From Fistulifera solaris (taxonomy: Eukaryota): a DNA stretch of 64,000 nucleotides. The notes beneath the pieces were generated by a model. That model made no database searches and had not been told where the DNA came from. It worked only from the letters and a program-made list of their open reading frames with translations. The translations under genes and the position numbers were made by a program. Numbering within the stretch: the first letter of the stretch is position 1; the number at the start of each line of letters is the position of its first letter. The stretch is from assembly GCA_030295235.1 (NCBI GenBank), contig AP026164.1:558001-622000 (forward strand), read 5' to 3'. Below are positions 22,863 to 36,237 of the stretch, one piece after another.

Positions 22863-25800
22863 ATGCCAGTTCCGAGGAACAAACGCAAACGCGTCGAGAA
22901 TCCAGTCGACAGCACCTCAGCACCGTCCCGCCGCCGTCGGGATAGTGGAACGGGTGCTGAGCCGCCGACAAAATCGGATGTTACTCGTCAAGATACAACA
23001 ATCGACGAGGGAAACGATCAAGTCGAAACTTCCACCGACATCAAACTTCCTCTACACGAAGAGGATACCGAAAAGAATGCAGAGCTCGACGAGAGTGAAA
23101 ATTTGCCGATGGCATCTCCATCAGCCGAGGGGGCATCGAATAAAACTCGACTTCGTGCCTTGCTGGTTCATAGAAAACTGTTGCTGAAGCGATTACAAAC
23201 GATGAAACAAGCAGCACAAGCAAGGCTGAGTGATCTTCCACCAACAAATCAAACGTCAGATGAAGAAGTTTCATCATTTCGAGAACTCTTACGCCACGCG
23301 ACAACTATTGCTCGACAGCAGGCTAAATCCGAAACTCAACAAGAACGATCCTCCGTTTCTCTGCGACGGGGATCTTCAGTGGGAAAAAGAATGAATGCGG
23401 CTTTATCTACTCTATCATCTGTAGACCCCGGAACTGCTGCTCAGCCGATACCCACAGGAGATATATCATCGTCAGCAGTGGACAGGCCACAATCGGCGGC
23501 TCACAAATCCTTAGTCGTCAAACGGTCTGTAACGCCCCAGCCTCAACAACGTCCTGCATCAGCACCTACTCTCGTGAACAACAATAAACTGCAACAACAA
23601 CGAGGGCCGCCGCACAAAGGACACCCACGGCAGCAACGTTCAGTGCCCTCGATCTCGATGAATAACGCTACGTCTCAGAACATCATCTGCGGGGAAACCG
23701 CTGCACTGAGGGAACAAAAAGCCGCTATTCAAGCGAAATTGAATTCTTTGTATGAGAGAAGAGGACAGACATTTCCTCCGACAAAACGCTTTCACAAAGG
23801 CAGGGACTTGAAACTAGAATTACCCCCGCGTCGACAAACTGCGTGGGATGTCTTATTACAAGAAATGCGATGGATGGCTACTGATTTTCGAGAAGAACGT
23901 AATTGGAAGCGTGCGACAACTCGATTGCTCAGCTCCGCTGTGATGAAAAAAAGAAACCAGCGCCAAAGAAATACCAGCAAAAAAGAAAGTTGAAAAAGAC
24001 GTCCGCGCCCCTAAAACTCCAAGAAAGGATTGTTCGAATGTTTACGATGACGCAATTGACGTTGAAACGGCAAAAAACATTGCGAGACAGCTATCGACAA
24101 TGATTTCTGAAAAGATTGCTGCTCTTCTTCACGAACCAAAACTCACAAAAGACGCGGCCGAGGGAACAAATTTGGAAAATGCCACCGTTGAAACGGTGCA
24201 TCCCATACACGACAAAAATGACATGCATGAAAAAATTTCTTCTCTTTTCGAGAGCGTTCAAACCACAACATGGAAAGAGGAGCAGGATTTTGATGAAGGG
24301 CAGCAGTACGGATTGCAGATGTCTGAGAAACAATCTGCTACCATTCTTAGAATAGAGTCCAGATGGGATAAGTTAAATGTCGGGAGTGTGCTTCATGGAA
24401 GTCGTTGCAGCGGTAAAACTATACTTGTCTGTTCTCTTCTGTGGCGACGCCGAGATCTTGGTCCGCAGCTTTTACTCTGTCCGGCGTCAAGGTTAATTCG
24501 TTGGGGACACGAGCTTCGACGTTTCAACGGCCTACGGCCGTTCGTCTTGGACAAAAATGTAGGAATTGATACTCTTGGAAAGAACGATGTGCTTCTTTGT
24601 AATCATATGTCTCTGGGTCGCTTGAGCAAGTCTAGCAGGGCCAAGCACTTCGTTTCTCTGATAATTGATTGCCGTCATGCTTTCGGCTTTGGAAGATTGA
24701 CAACTACTCAAGCTTCTTTTTGTCCGTCATCAATCATATCGTCAGATTGGTGGGATGCCGCCAATGGTTTGGTAAACATCCAACAGAGATGTTTGATTGT
24801 CGAAAACGAGTCGAACACTGGTGAGCTACCAACGTATGCTCGCTGCCTGCCTCATAAACTGACACTCGAAATTTTGGCGTTCCGCACAATGTTGCTTATG
24901 GGTGCGCCCATTTCGACCCTTTCGTCTGAGCGACTGGGAGCTAAAAACCTCCTTTCCTGGGCCAGGAAACATGTGAAGGAGGGATCAACGAAACCAGCGT
25001 CTCTGTTTAAGGCAGTGAAGGATGTGTTACTTTCTTGTGTAAAGCCGTTACTTATTGATTTATTATCGGCCCCTCAACTCGATCGGTCCTGTTTATCGAA
25101 TAGCGGTAAAGAGCCATGGATCATTGTTCCGATTCAAATGACAGCATCACAACAAAAAGCCTATGTTCATTGCTGCCAGGAAAGTCAATTTTGTCTTTCA
25201 CAAAAATTATCGGATTGTCGCTCGATTTCAGACTCATTACTGCGACTGCGAAGGTGCTGCTCATTCGTCGAAAACGATGCTGTATCGTCTACGGTGACTC
25301 TCTATCAGGCAATGAATGACTTTTCGAAAGTGAAGACGTCACAATATAGCAACCCCTCTTGGTTGTCTTTCGATGCCGCTAGTCGCCTGCTCAAAGCATC
25401 GGGCAAGCTTCAAGCTCTTCTGTCGATACTTTCTGAACAATCTTCAGTATCAATGGGAAACGAGAGTTCGGTGGAACTTTTGCTGGAAACCAAAAACACG
25501 CTTGACTTACCTTCTTCTGCCATTCCGAAAGCTAAGAGAATCGCTGTTGTTGCGGCATTACCGGAGTTGTTGCTTATGACCTCAATTCTACTTCACTGTG
25601 TGGGTCTCAGCCATCGGTTGCTCTTGGAACCCACGTCCATGCCAGACGAGTTAGTCTTCGACAATTGGAAAGAAAACCAACTTGCGCTTTGTGACTTCAA
25701 CTCAGACACATTACTACCGGAAATTGTCGTTTGTTCGATTGAATCGATATCGGGTGATCACGGGGGTTGAGTACCGAGCTAGCTGACCTTTTGTCTGCCT

Positions 25801-28752
25801 CGACGAAGATTGGAGCGGTCGTTCTGAAGTGTTGCTTCAACAAGTTGTTAACCGTTCGTTTCAGCGACGTTCTCGTCAAGGCATGGCACCGTGCAACTTC
25901 CTGCGCTTGATATCCAAAAACACATGCGAATCTACTTTTCTTTTGGATCCCCACAAGCTATGTTCAGGTCGACAGCACCGAATATTTTCTTTAAAAATAA
26001 ACCCTATTGGGTGGTTTGATACGCATGTTGCTCCTGAAGAATCAAACAAGGAAGGAGAGGATCCAAGAAAGAGAGCCGTTTCATCCTGTCTCTTTGGATT
26101 CCCAGCGGATAATGTGCTGTCATTCCGCGACTCTCTACTATCTGAAATTCTTGCCACCGACAAACTACCCCCATTACTCTCGCATAACGGAGATGTATTG
26201 TTTCTACCGTCATCGAAACAAAATAATGAACTGGAATTAGAATCGTCCTTTATCTATTCAATGATCGAAAGCGAGTGGTTGGCGAAAGCGACAACGACTG
26301 CGAGACGAACTCCGATCCAGACAAAAGAAACAATCCAGGAAAGTTTTTCAGTTCCTGCGCTCTTTGATTCGGAAGCTGCTTTCTTTTTTTGGAAGACTAC
26401 GAAAGCGTCTCTTTTTTCTTACATACAGCAACTTGCCGTCATCAGCGAGGCAGTCACGTTCGGATTATCAGAAGGATTGACTCTTGCTAAACCATCATCA
26501 ATAGCCGGTTCTGTCAATAAGGATGAGCGCATTTCCAAGGGGACGCAAATCAAAGAATCATTCTCCGATGATATGAAACCCGATGCATCGGAATCATCTC
26601 TCCTTTTCTACAACTTCAATGACACCAGGAATGAAGACCGTAACGAACACCGTCAACGTTTCAACCTTTACGCCGCTTCATTTGGTAAAGTATTTTCGGC
26701 CTCGGATCTCTCTACCCTATGTCAAGGAGAGGAACCAATATTTTACACTCCTCCTCTATTCCCACGCATCGTTGAGTCCTCGATTCTTGCCGAGAGTGAC
26801 TCGGAATTCATCATATCGTCATCGGTAGCAGATGCTGCTATTAAGATTTCGCCAAACGGAGATCATCGTGATGCAAAGAGACTACGTTTGGATCACGAAT
26901 TCGAACATTCAGAAGATGTTTTGTTTGACATTGCGCTAGATCTCGAAGATATCAAGAAAGATGATAGCTATTCCCAGTCACTAGCAGTGCCAAGCCTAGT
27001 TGAAGACTTCGGGATGGCCGGCGCAGGTGCTGTTCCTCTCCCACGGGATTCTGCTCTTGCTGCTGCTCACACTGCAGTAGTGCCCATGAAGCTTTCATAC
27101 TATAAAGAAGCCACGGATTGTTTTATCGGCAATGATGTTTTTGAAGCCGAGAAAGAAAGCCCCTCTTTGTAGATGAATCGACGTTGAAGTCGGTCATTTT
27201 ATTTGTGTCAAGAAAACGTCCCCGCGGACAGGTGGTGCGACCGGTGACTTCTCAGCCGGGTAAAGCGTATCGCGTGCCCTTACCCGGTTCCTTAGGGCCC
27301 CCTTCAATTTTGGCTGCTGGCAAAAGCGTCAATGGTGTTATACACGAGCACAATGGTAGTTTGACGGGCAAGCAGATGAAGAAAAGAAAGGCAATGGGTT
27401 CCAGCGACCACACGATGACAGTCTCATCTGCATTTACGCGATTACCTTATAACGACACAGCACTTCTAGGGGGAACCTCGGGCCAAATGGGCGGACAAGC
27501 AAGTGTCAAAACCAAGGATTCACTGAAGAAAAATTTGCTGATTTCCTTACGCCAATCGTCGAGTGGTTTAACGTTGTTCGAATCGACAGGCTTTCGTCTC
27601 GCCTCAACTGACGTAAAAAATCGTGTGGGTAGCAGACTGATGTCGCACTCCTGGACATCTAATTCTGCTTTGGAAGTTGGACCGGGATTGCCTCTTCATG
27701 TCGTGCGACCAGACAGGGACCGTCACCCCATTTCTTTCGAAATCGACAAGTCACTATGGACTAGTATTATTAAGAAGTTAGGATCAAGCAATGACGAAAC
27801 AGGAAACGAGTCATTGGAAGTCGCGACTAAGCAAAAGGAATCTTTCCACCAGTCTCTCTCTATACCTTGTCGAATGAACTTCGGACCATTCCAAGCAGGA
27901 TTTCTTGCGTCTCCCACTGGTATGACTTACATTTCAGCGACCAAAAATCGCGTGGGAATTTCGTTACCAATGGGAGTGAAAGTCTCCTCGAACTTCGATA
28001 GCAGTATCAACAATGTGGACTGGACGCCGAGCCACGACGAACATCTCATCCGTGCAGTACAAAAATTCGGTTTTCATTGGAACATGGTTGCGAAATCACA
28101 AGCGTGTTTCAATGAATTCCGTTACGTTTATGATAGCCAGTCCGCTTCTCGGGGAATCTCTCGTAACTGTCGTGAACGGTGGCAGGCATTGTCAAAACTT
28201 GATCCCCTCTTGAATGCGAATGGGAACCAGCGACACAAATATTTTCGTCACAAGATCGATCTACCGGCAGGAGCTGATGCAGGCCAATACATTGAGCGTC
28301 CATCTTTCGCCGCTTGTAAACAAAAAGATCAAGCAATTGTTATCTTTGTCCCAGGATCAGCGCTGTTGGGTAAACAATTGGATGATGCCGAGAACAGTGC
28401 AAGGAAGGATACAGTGGAATTAGATCAAGCAAAAGCAACGATACCAAAACGAACTTTCAAAGCATTTAACAAATCGAAACCTTTAGCTATGAAGCAAAAG
28501 GTTCCAATTCCAGGTGTCGCAACGGAGAAGCCATCCATCGGGCCAAGCCACCCCTCTCATGCTCAGTCCGTTGAAGAGGCCGTTACAGCATTGGGAGCCA
28601 GTGGAAGGTCCGAAATGTGGCCGCTCCAACTTCTAGTGGCGAATGCTAAACGCACACCATCAGGAGATAACAACAAAACGACTAGTAATGTTTCTGCAAA
28701 TAGCCGAACCAACACTCAAGCGCCTGCAGGTCAACCCAAAACTGGAGCATAG
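22863..28752 (+). CDS. HSA + degenerate SNF2 ATPase + SANT/Myb chromatin protein (p400/Domino/EAF1-like)
   Basis: HSA: WDVLLQEMRWMATDFREERNWK; SNF2 remnants GSRCSGKT, RWGHELRRF, IIDCRH, LLRLRRCC, SGKLQALLSIL, GGL, DEDWS; SANT: WTPSHDEHLIRAVQKFGFHWNMVA...CRERW. Four consecutive ORFs joined at ~23950, ~25780 and ~27165. Confidence 0.75.
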
Positions 28753-29883
28753 CTTGAGCACCTATGGGTATTTGCAGATTTGTACAGTAGAACATAACAC
28801 TACAGCAGTATAGAAACAATTTTGAGATGTATATGGGAGCAACGGTCGAATTTCGAATTGTAATCCTATCTTACTACAGTGGAAAAGCATGATGGATCGT
28901 GGCGGGCGTAACGAAAATACAATTCCTCCCGGACGACGCCCGCAAGGACAAATCAAAAAAATGTGGTGGTCGAAATCAATACTTTGTCATTGCAAAATGC
29001 ATCCGCACTGGACAAACAACCCTTTCACGTACCGAACTCAAAGATTTTACCTGCAATTTGGTGCGCGAGCAACAATCAAACCGCAATTTGTTTTGACGCA
29101 CATTGCTTGACGGAAAGTTTGTCCCCATATCAGCTGCGATATTATACGGGGGTTATAGCCCATTCCCCCAGACAAAGAAAGTGGAGCGAGCCAAACCAAA
29201 GGTAGAAACGACCAGTTCCATAATCACGGACACCAACTCAAAAATCTCGACGTCATTGCAAGGTCTAGCTATCGGTCGATTGTCCATCGTTCCTTTTGGA
29301 TCTCCACCACGTTTTTCGACTAACGGAGACTCAATATGCTTGGTTTCATTACTCTACGGAGATAATTTTTTCGGTCGGATGTTACACGAATCGAAAACTC
29401 GGTATGCATTGAAATCCAAAGATCGAATATCGAAGCACATGAACTGGATGACAGAAACGGTAACCTTGCTGACTTTCAAATACTATTCGTCACGACATGT
29501 CAGTGATTGAGAGGAAGAGCGACTGTACATTCCTAGTCGATCCTTTCCTTCGACCGCGGAGATCATTCATTACAAGCCACTTCTCTCTGCATTCTCACCA
29601 TGAGACTCGACTGCGCTGATTAGCGCGTCGAGACAAAGCGCGTATCTACCCAATCGAAATATCCGATCGGATCTTAGGGCAAAAGGTATAAAGATGAGTT
29701 CCATAATCATGGGCACCAGTTGCTATACATCTCCCTGCACACCACGCTTACTAAGAATCCTACTCGAAATGAGAAAAAAAGTCCGACTACCCAAACTACA
29801 ACACCAAACACCACCCATGATGGTAGTAGTATCTACAGAGTCGACGAAGTTCCCTGTGTTGTTCGACATCATACTCCTTGCGG

Positions 29884-29888
<5 letters not shown>

Positions 29889-29922
<34 letters not shown>
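29889..29922. repeat. (GA)n microsatellite
   Basis: Uninterrupted GA dinucleotide run. Confidence 0.95.
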
Positions 29923-29925
<3 letters not shown>

Positions 29926-30085
29926 TCTTAAGACTGCTTCGACCACTCCAGAATGTTAGACCAGAAACATTATAGGTGCGATCGAAATAGAACTTTTGGC
30001 AACAATTTCTTTCTAAAACATCAATACCTGGTAAGGTTACAGGATCGACGTGGGGAACAAGGTTGGCCTTTTTTTTTCTTCCTAG

Positions 30086-30653
30086 ATCAATTTAGAAGTG
30101 TTAGGGATAGGGATGATATGTGAAGGCTCGTCATCTCACGTATCGACGGACAGAAACAGAAATTCTGTCAACCAAGTCGCTACGTTTCGCAACAACAGAA
30201 GAGGAAGTATCTGGTAGAGCTAAGACGATAAACAGTCAAAGTTTTCCAAACAACAATATTATTAAGCCTTTACAAATCCGACAAATGAACAAGGTGGAAT
30301 CTCACTGGGTGATGGTTCCGCCGAGAATGTCACTGCCATCGGACTAGGTCTTGTTTTATCTTGAAATTCTGAGCTCACGTATGTGGCTCTAACATTCTTG
30401 TATCGCGTTGCTTGCAACCCTTTCACGCCTTCACGATCAACCCAAATCGTGCAAAGACCCTTGGGCCTCGCCCAAGAGGTTACACTCCGGATGCTTCCGA
30501 TTTGGGGATCGGAATTCGCGATTAGGTCGTGCGGCCATATTGGCTGAGTCCCTAGTAGTCTGCCCGCTATCCGCATTTCCGTGACACGTCAGTCGTCGTC
30601 TCGTCGCGGCTCAAAATGTTTATCATCCCTATCCCTAACACTTCTGAATTGAT
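30086..30653. mobile_element. MITE-like non-autonomous element with 33-bp terminal inverted repeats
   Basis: atcaatttagaagtgttagggatagggatgata (30086-30118) is the reverse complement of 30621-30653 with one mismatch; no coding capacity inside. Confidence 0.75.
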
Positions 30654-30791
30654 TAACTCGTCCTCGTCCGCATCCGTTTTTTTTTTCGTCGATTGACATT
30701 ATGCCGAGAAAAATGACCATGAACATATAGGAGATAACTGAGGCGCTTGTTCACCTTTGATACGAAACCTAACGGAAAGAAAGAAAGTTAA

Positions 30792-30815
30792 AGAGAGAGA
30801 GAGAGAGAGAGAGAG
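30792..30815. repeat. (AG)n microsatellite
   Basis: AG dinucleotide run just upstream of the protease ATG. Confidence 0.9.
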
Positions 30816-30822
30816 CGTAGCA

Positions 30823-32131
30823 ATGAGATGGCTCAATGAACCAGTGTCGGGGGTAACGTTTACGATGTCCATTGCCAACTGTCATTTGCATTCCTTCGTC
30901 GGAAAGGTCCAAATCGACGGGAGTGACGTGCTTTTGTTGATCGATACTAAAGCGACCGATGTGTGGATTGACTTTACGAATGACAGCCATGTAAGTAACA
31001 TCAACAAATCATAGTGACGTGCATTACATACAGTATGATGACTCATTCCACTTTGCCATACGACAGAGTTCGTCGTCATCACATTCTTTCCAGATGGGCT
31101 TGGACCATCAAATCGAGGCGTTCGATCAAGTCTATCAACAATATACTGGAAACGACGCATTACCATGCAACGCAAAAGGAATATTAGGGCTCGGAAGAAG
31201 TGCAACGACCTCCACCAATGAAACCAGCGTTCTGGGTCATCTGTCTCCCTTATTAAAACACGACATGTTCGCTATTTACGCCACCACCACGGATGACGCC
31301 AACGGCGATGTCCTATCAACGTCTTCCAAGATTGTATGGGGCGGATATGATAATCGTCATTATCAGGATTGTTTGGAATGGAACAGTGTGGGTCAATGGG
31401 AAGAGGAACAACTCTTCAAAGGCGGCTGGGATTTGGTGTTGCAAGGGGCGTTCGTGGGTGGTGCGGATTTACCGGATAGTCAAGAAGCTCTCATAGATAC
31501 AGCGACATACAATATTCAATGTCCTCTAACAGCGTTGGAGAAAATCATTCGAGTGAACAAATTGGTGTGTTACAAAAACAGTTATGACACTCTGGTACCG
31601 GTCGATTGCGTGGCGGGGGAATACAATGTTCTGGCACTCGCCGATTGTGATGCACATTTCGAAAGCTTGGGATTTTACATGGATGGACACACCTACTACA
31701 TGACCAAAGACAATTTAGTGTACACAATAATATTACCAACGGGCTCTCACGAAAAAATATGCGCTCTCCGACTGGAACGTTCCAACACGACAGAGAGTTG
31801 GGTGTTGGGGACCATTTTCATGACGCGCTATTACACGGTGTTTGATTTTGCTCGCAATCGCATCGGATTTGCCGTGCGCAGTGAAGGCCGCAATAAAGAA
31901 CGGTGTCCCGACGACTGGTCCGAGGATATTCGTTACGATGGAAAGCCCATTCCGGTTCCGACGGCCCCTCCGACCGTCGCTCCCACGTCGGCACCCACCA
32001 TCACCAAGAACACAACCCGCAATGAACAAGGGCCTTCGATGGCGCCGATTATTGGTTCGGCTTTATTGATTCTATTGTGTTTTGCCTTCCTTCGAGGGGG
32101 GGAATCGACGGCGACGGCGGCGGATACATGA
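30823..32131 (+). CDS. Pepsin-like (A1) aspartic protease homolog with P/T-rich stalk and C-terminal TM
   Basis: LLIDTKATDVWI, GILGLG, IVWGGYD, ALIDTAT, WVLGTIFMTRYYTVFDFARNRIGFA; phase-0 intron 30991-31066 joins the two ORFs in frame. Start uncertain. Confidence 0.8.
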
Positions 32132-32264
32132 ATCGGACAACAAATATTCATTGACGTCCCGTCACGAAGATGCTGAAGCGCCCGGTCTGGAATTAATGTG
32201 AGCAGGAGATAGGCCATAATCATAATATATATGAGTAGATTAGCAATTGAATGGTTAACACTTC

Positions 32265-32960
32265 CTTAGAAAAAATCGTCCGGATTTTCTTTCTTGTGTT
32301 CCTCCCCTCGATTCGGATCGACGAGCTGTAACTGTTTCCTCAGTGTTGCATTATGAACATACTCTGGATGTACATAAAACTGTTTCCCCCTTGGCAACAA
32401 AAGTTACACAGGGGATGCAATCCTTTGTAGGGGATTACATCCTTTTCCGGATCAAAGACAGTTTCCACACTGGTCAAGAACAGGCTACGTGAGACCGCTT
32501 TGAGCAAGCAATCGGCTTCTTTTATTTCGTTCGGTGGTGCCATTGAATTAATTTCATCGGTTGCATCCTCTGCTTCCTTTTTCTGATGACATTTTCGAAC
32601 CGGAATCTTTTCTATCTTGTAGACGTAGGGCGAAAATACAAAATGAATGGCGGCCGTCGATACCATGGAACCGGCGACGAACGTCATACCGAATGCCAGA
32701 ATGCCCACTTCCACATCGGGTATCCCTCGAATGGCACAAAACGCGGGCAAACCGACACTTCCGGTAAAAGCCGATAACACCGAAACAGCCCTCAATCGTG
32801 TAACAATCCCTCCCATGGGCGATTCGTACAACACATGGGAGACTTCTTCATCAGTGGTAGCAAAGTTGCGACAAGGCAATGGTGTTACACGAAATGACGC
32901 TGACGGCCAAATGATGCGGTTCCATCGCGATACTTGCACTAACTTGAAAGACATTGTCAT
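32265..32960 (-). CDS. TMEM70-like mitochondrial membrane protein
   Basis: Arg/Ser-rich presequence, LYESPMGGIVTRLRAVS, two TM helices, IHFVFSPYVYKI; after an indel near 32395 the frame continues GKQFYVHPE. End approximate. Confidence 0.6.
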
Positions 32961-33348
32961 CTTTTCAAGATAAAAAGAAGATACTTGCAAAGTCTCAATG
33001 CACAGCTAAATATATTATGTTAGCTACTAGAGGTGAAAGGTGTTTAAAGCTTGAAATATCATAGGAAGGGGAATTCGTGACAGAAATCCAGTCGGACACC
33101 GGAAAGCGCGTCGTCGCTCTTATAAGCTAGTTGGACCAACGAACGAACAAGGGAACGGAATAACGTAGTACCAAAATATAGCTGCTGCAAGTGACCTGAG
33201 TGCCGTAACATTACCTAATGTGATCGATGGAGTAGCATAGTAGCAGCGACCGAATCCGACAACCTACAAATGTACCAGCCGCAATTATCAACGAATTCAT
33301 GACAAAAATGTGCAAGCTACCCCCTTATTTCTGCGCTGTGACTTGTGA

Positions 33349-34963
33349 CTATGGCTCATAGCGTCCCGGTCCCATCGCCAGGGAGCTCCCACAACTTTTT
33401 AGATCAACAATTACGGCAGAAAAGTTATCCGTCGATCCACATGACTTTGCGTGTTCACAAAGATTACGAGCCGCCCATTTGAAGCGATCCGTGTCAATCA
33501 TCAGCTTTCCATGCTCCATCGCACAAGACGACGCTATCACTACGTGTGCGGCCTCCTCATTGTCCAGCACATCCCAGATTCCGTCCGACGACACAATGAG
33601 AAACAAATCATCCTTTCCAATGTCATATTCACAAATCTCCGGATCCGCGATCACGTAAGGCTTCAGACTGGCATCGCCAATGGAGCGCGATACAGACAAC
33701 AAGCCCTCCTGAACGAATAAACAATAGGTAAAAAGATGGTGAGAAAAAAGTTGTGGAAATACAACCGAATCCATAATTGTGACAATGATTTTTTAGGAAT
33801 CACCGTGAAAACCAGACGTACCACTCTCCATCTTCCCCAATGAATAACTCTACCCCCGAGCTCTGTAATCCGCCGTGTTTCATCCGGTAAACCAGGCTTG
33901 TGATCGCGACTAAGTCTTACGATTGAACCATCCCACCGGACAATTATAGCCCGAGAATCACCAGCATTCGCACATACGACGCGTCGCCCTCCCACAAGTG
34001 TTACCGCACACGCCGTACTTCCATCTGGTTGACCCGTTCTTACAAAGTCATCGTCGACTGATAGAAAAGTATTCTTCATAGCGTAACCCAGATCATACGG
34101 ATAAGATTTGTCATTCCGAAGATAGGCCGTCATCCAATCGGCACAAAACTGACTGGCCTTGTCTCCCCCGTGGCCATCAAAGATCCCCAAGAACGTCAAT
34201 GGCATAGTTAGCCGCTGCGTCCGCTTTCTTCCGTATGTCACTTCCACATCTTGTGAATTTGACTTGACATCCACAGGACTTACTTCGACCTGAACCGCAT
34301 CGAGATTCTCCACGCAATACCTGTTTCCAAAGAACCAACGGGTGAGAAGAGGGCTCAATGTTTATTTTCTTCAATAATAAATATAAAAACGTACCGATCT
34401 TCCATGTAAGGTCGTCCTCCCTCATCACTCCAGTGACTAACGTTTAAATGTATCCCATTGGGACGCAATTCCCGTCGTTCCATTACTGAAGGACCGACCG
34501 GTTGTTTCTCTGCCCCATCCGTAATCGATGATCTCAATGAATATCTCACTCGAGTCAGATGGGCCGGAAGCGATGCTGGAGTGTGTCCGAAAATATCACC
34601 CATTTCCGAAGCCAAAGGAGAGGGTGGAGATGTCAATTCCGATTCTACTTCTGGAGATCGACTACTTCGCAAAAACTTTGGCACCGCTAAACACGATTTC
34701 GAAGAGATCCCTTTGAATTTCATACAGTGGTCCCGATAACTTTCTCCCGGATCCGATTCGTACGGATCTTCCTCGGCCGGCGCACTGCGACTCCGGCGTC
34801 GCGTAGTGTCGTCGGTTTGTTCTTTATTCTTTCGTGCTAGCCGCTTCCTTCGCAGCTCCCATCCGTTTGATTTACGAGCCGTTGTTGATGCTTCCAGTGA
34901 CTGATTTTCCTCAACAGTTTCCATCGTCACTTCCCTGCTTCGTGATCGAAAAAATGGCGCCAT
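33349..34963 (-). CDS. Protein phosphatase 2C (PPM family)
   Basis: GRPYMEDR, GIFDGHGG, GSTA, ANAGDSRA, DHKP, LSVSRSIGD, SDGIWDV, GSTDN; introns 34321-34394 and 33709-33821. Confidence 0.95.
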
Positions 34964-36237
34964 GGCAATGAAGAATGCTGTTCGAAACGTTTACAACTTT
35001 CGTGTAACTGGTGGGAGTTGTCGCTGGTTTTCCTTAAGACAGAGTTGTATGTGATTGCCGTTGAAAGATACGCAACTGCGTTACCGACACGAGTTGCTTC
35101 TTAAAGAATTCTAGAGCAACGTCAACAACGGTGAAAAGTTCACAAATATTCCCTTTGAAATTCGCTCTCTTGCTCGTAATCGTGATTTCAGACTCTTAAA
35201 CTAAACCTCTACGAACACGCTTTAATTGTTGAATAAAAGATTGTCGGCCGTCTCGCAATTAGATTCGTAAACGTAAACGAAACAAAGGCGTAAAATTACT
35301 TTTAGAATTGAAACGATCAATGATATCGACAACGGATTGTTACTTCCTAACGGGCTCAACACGTGCTGCAGTTGCAGTTTCGGTTTCAGTCGCAGTCCGT
35401 TTCAGTTTCATCGCGTGGTTGGCCCCAAACTCTCGTCTCGCTTCTCGTTCGTGCTTTCTTATGCAGCGCTTGATTTCTTCCACCTTTTTCTAAATCCAAA
35501 AATATGATATGAGTTATGATCATATACAGCCATGTATAGAGAATAGAGAGACACTATCAGTTTAACCCTGGCTGCTTTTTCTAACTATCGCTAAGTGAGA
35601 TGCGTTCTATACACAGCGAACTTTACTTAGGTGGCACGGTTTCGCCAGTCCAGACAAAACTCGTTCCAATTCGTCTTGGGGAACTAGGACTCTACAACTT
35701 AAAGTACCAGGTAGCATTGGATGGACATCTTTCGTTGGCAAGAACGAAATTCTCTTCGTGTTTCAACCAATAAAGCCAAATAAATAAGCCTAAAAATTAT
35801 GTTAAAATGACAATTTCTGTTCGAAAGGAAACAATCACTCCTAAATCATATATTTTACTGTTTTCTGGCCCACTATTTGCAAGAGTTGTTGTACAAGTAT
35901 AGAACTAAAAGTGGAAGGAAAGCATTTTCATGATATTCTCTTTTTGTCAGCAGCTTACTCTTTTATCACAGTCCTATCCCCTTGATCCGAAAAATTACTA
36001 ATTAAAAGTACCAAAATTCTTGTTTGACAACGTGAACATTGTTCACCACACACCACACCGACAGCCGACCAAGAAAAAAGGTGGAATGACGAATGACCTA
36101 AGCGCACCGAATGCCAAAAGACATCTCCTGCGCCAACAATTGAACAACAAAGTTCAAGAAAGGTCTCCGGAAAACGCTTTCGTTGACCAAAAATAAGAAA
36201 GCGTTTACTTCCAGAATTGACGGGGCCGATCAGAAGA

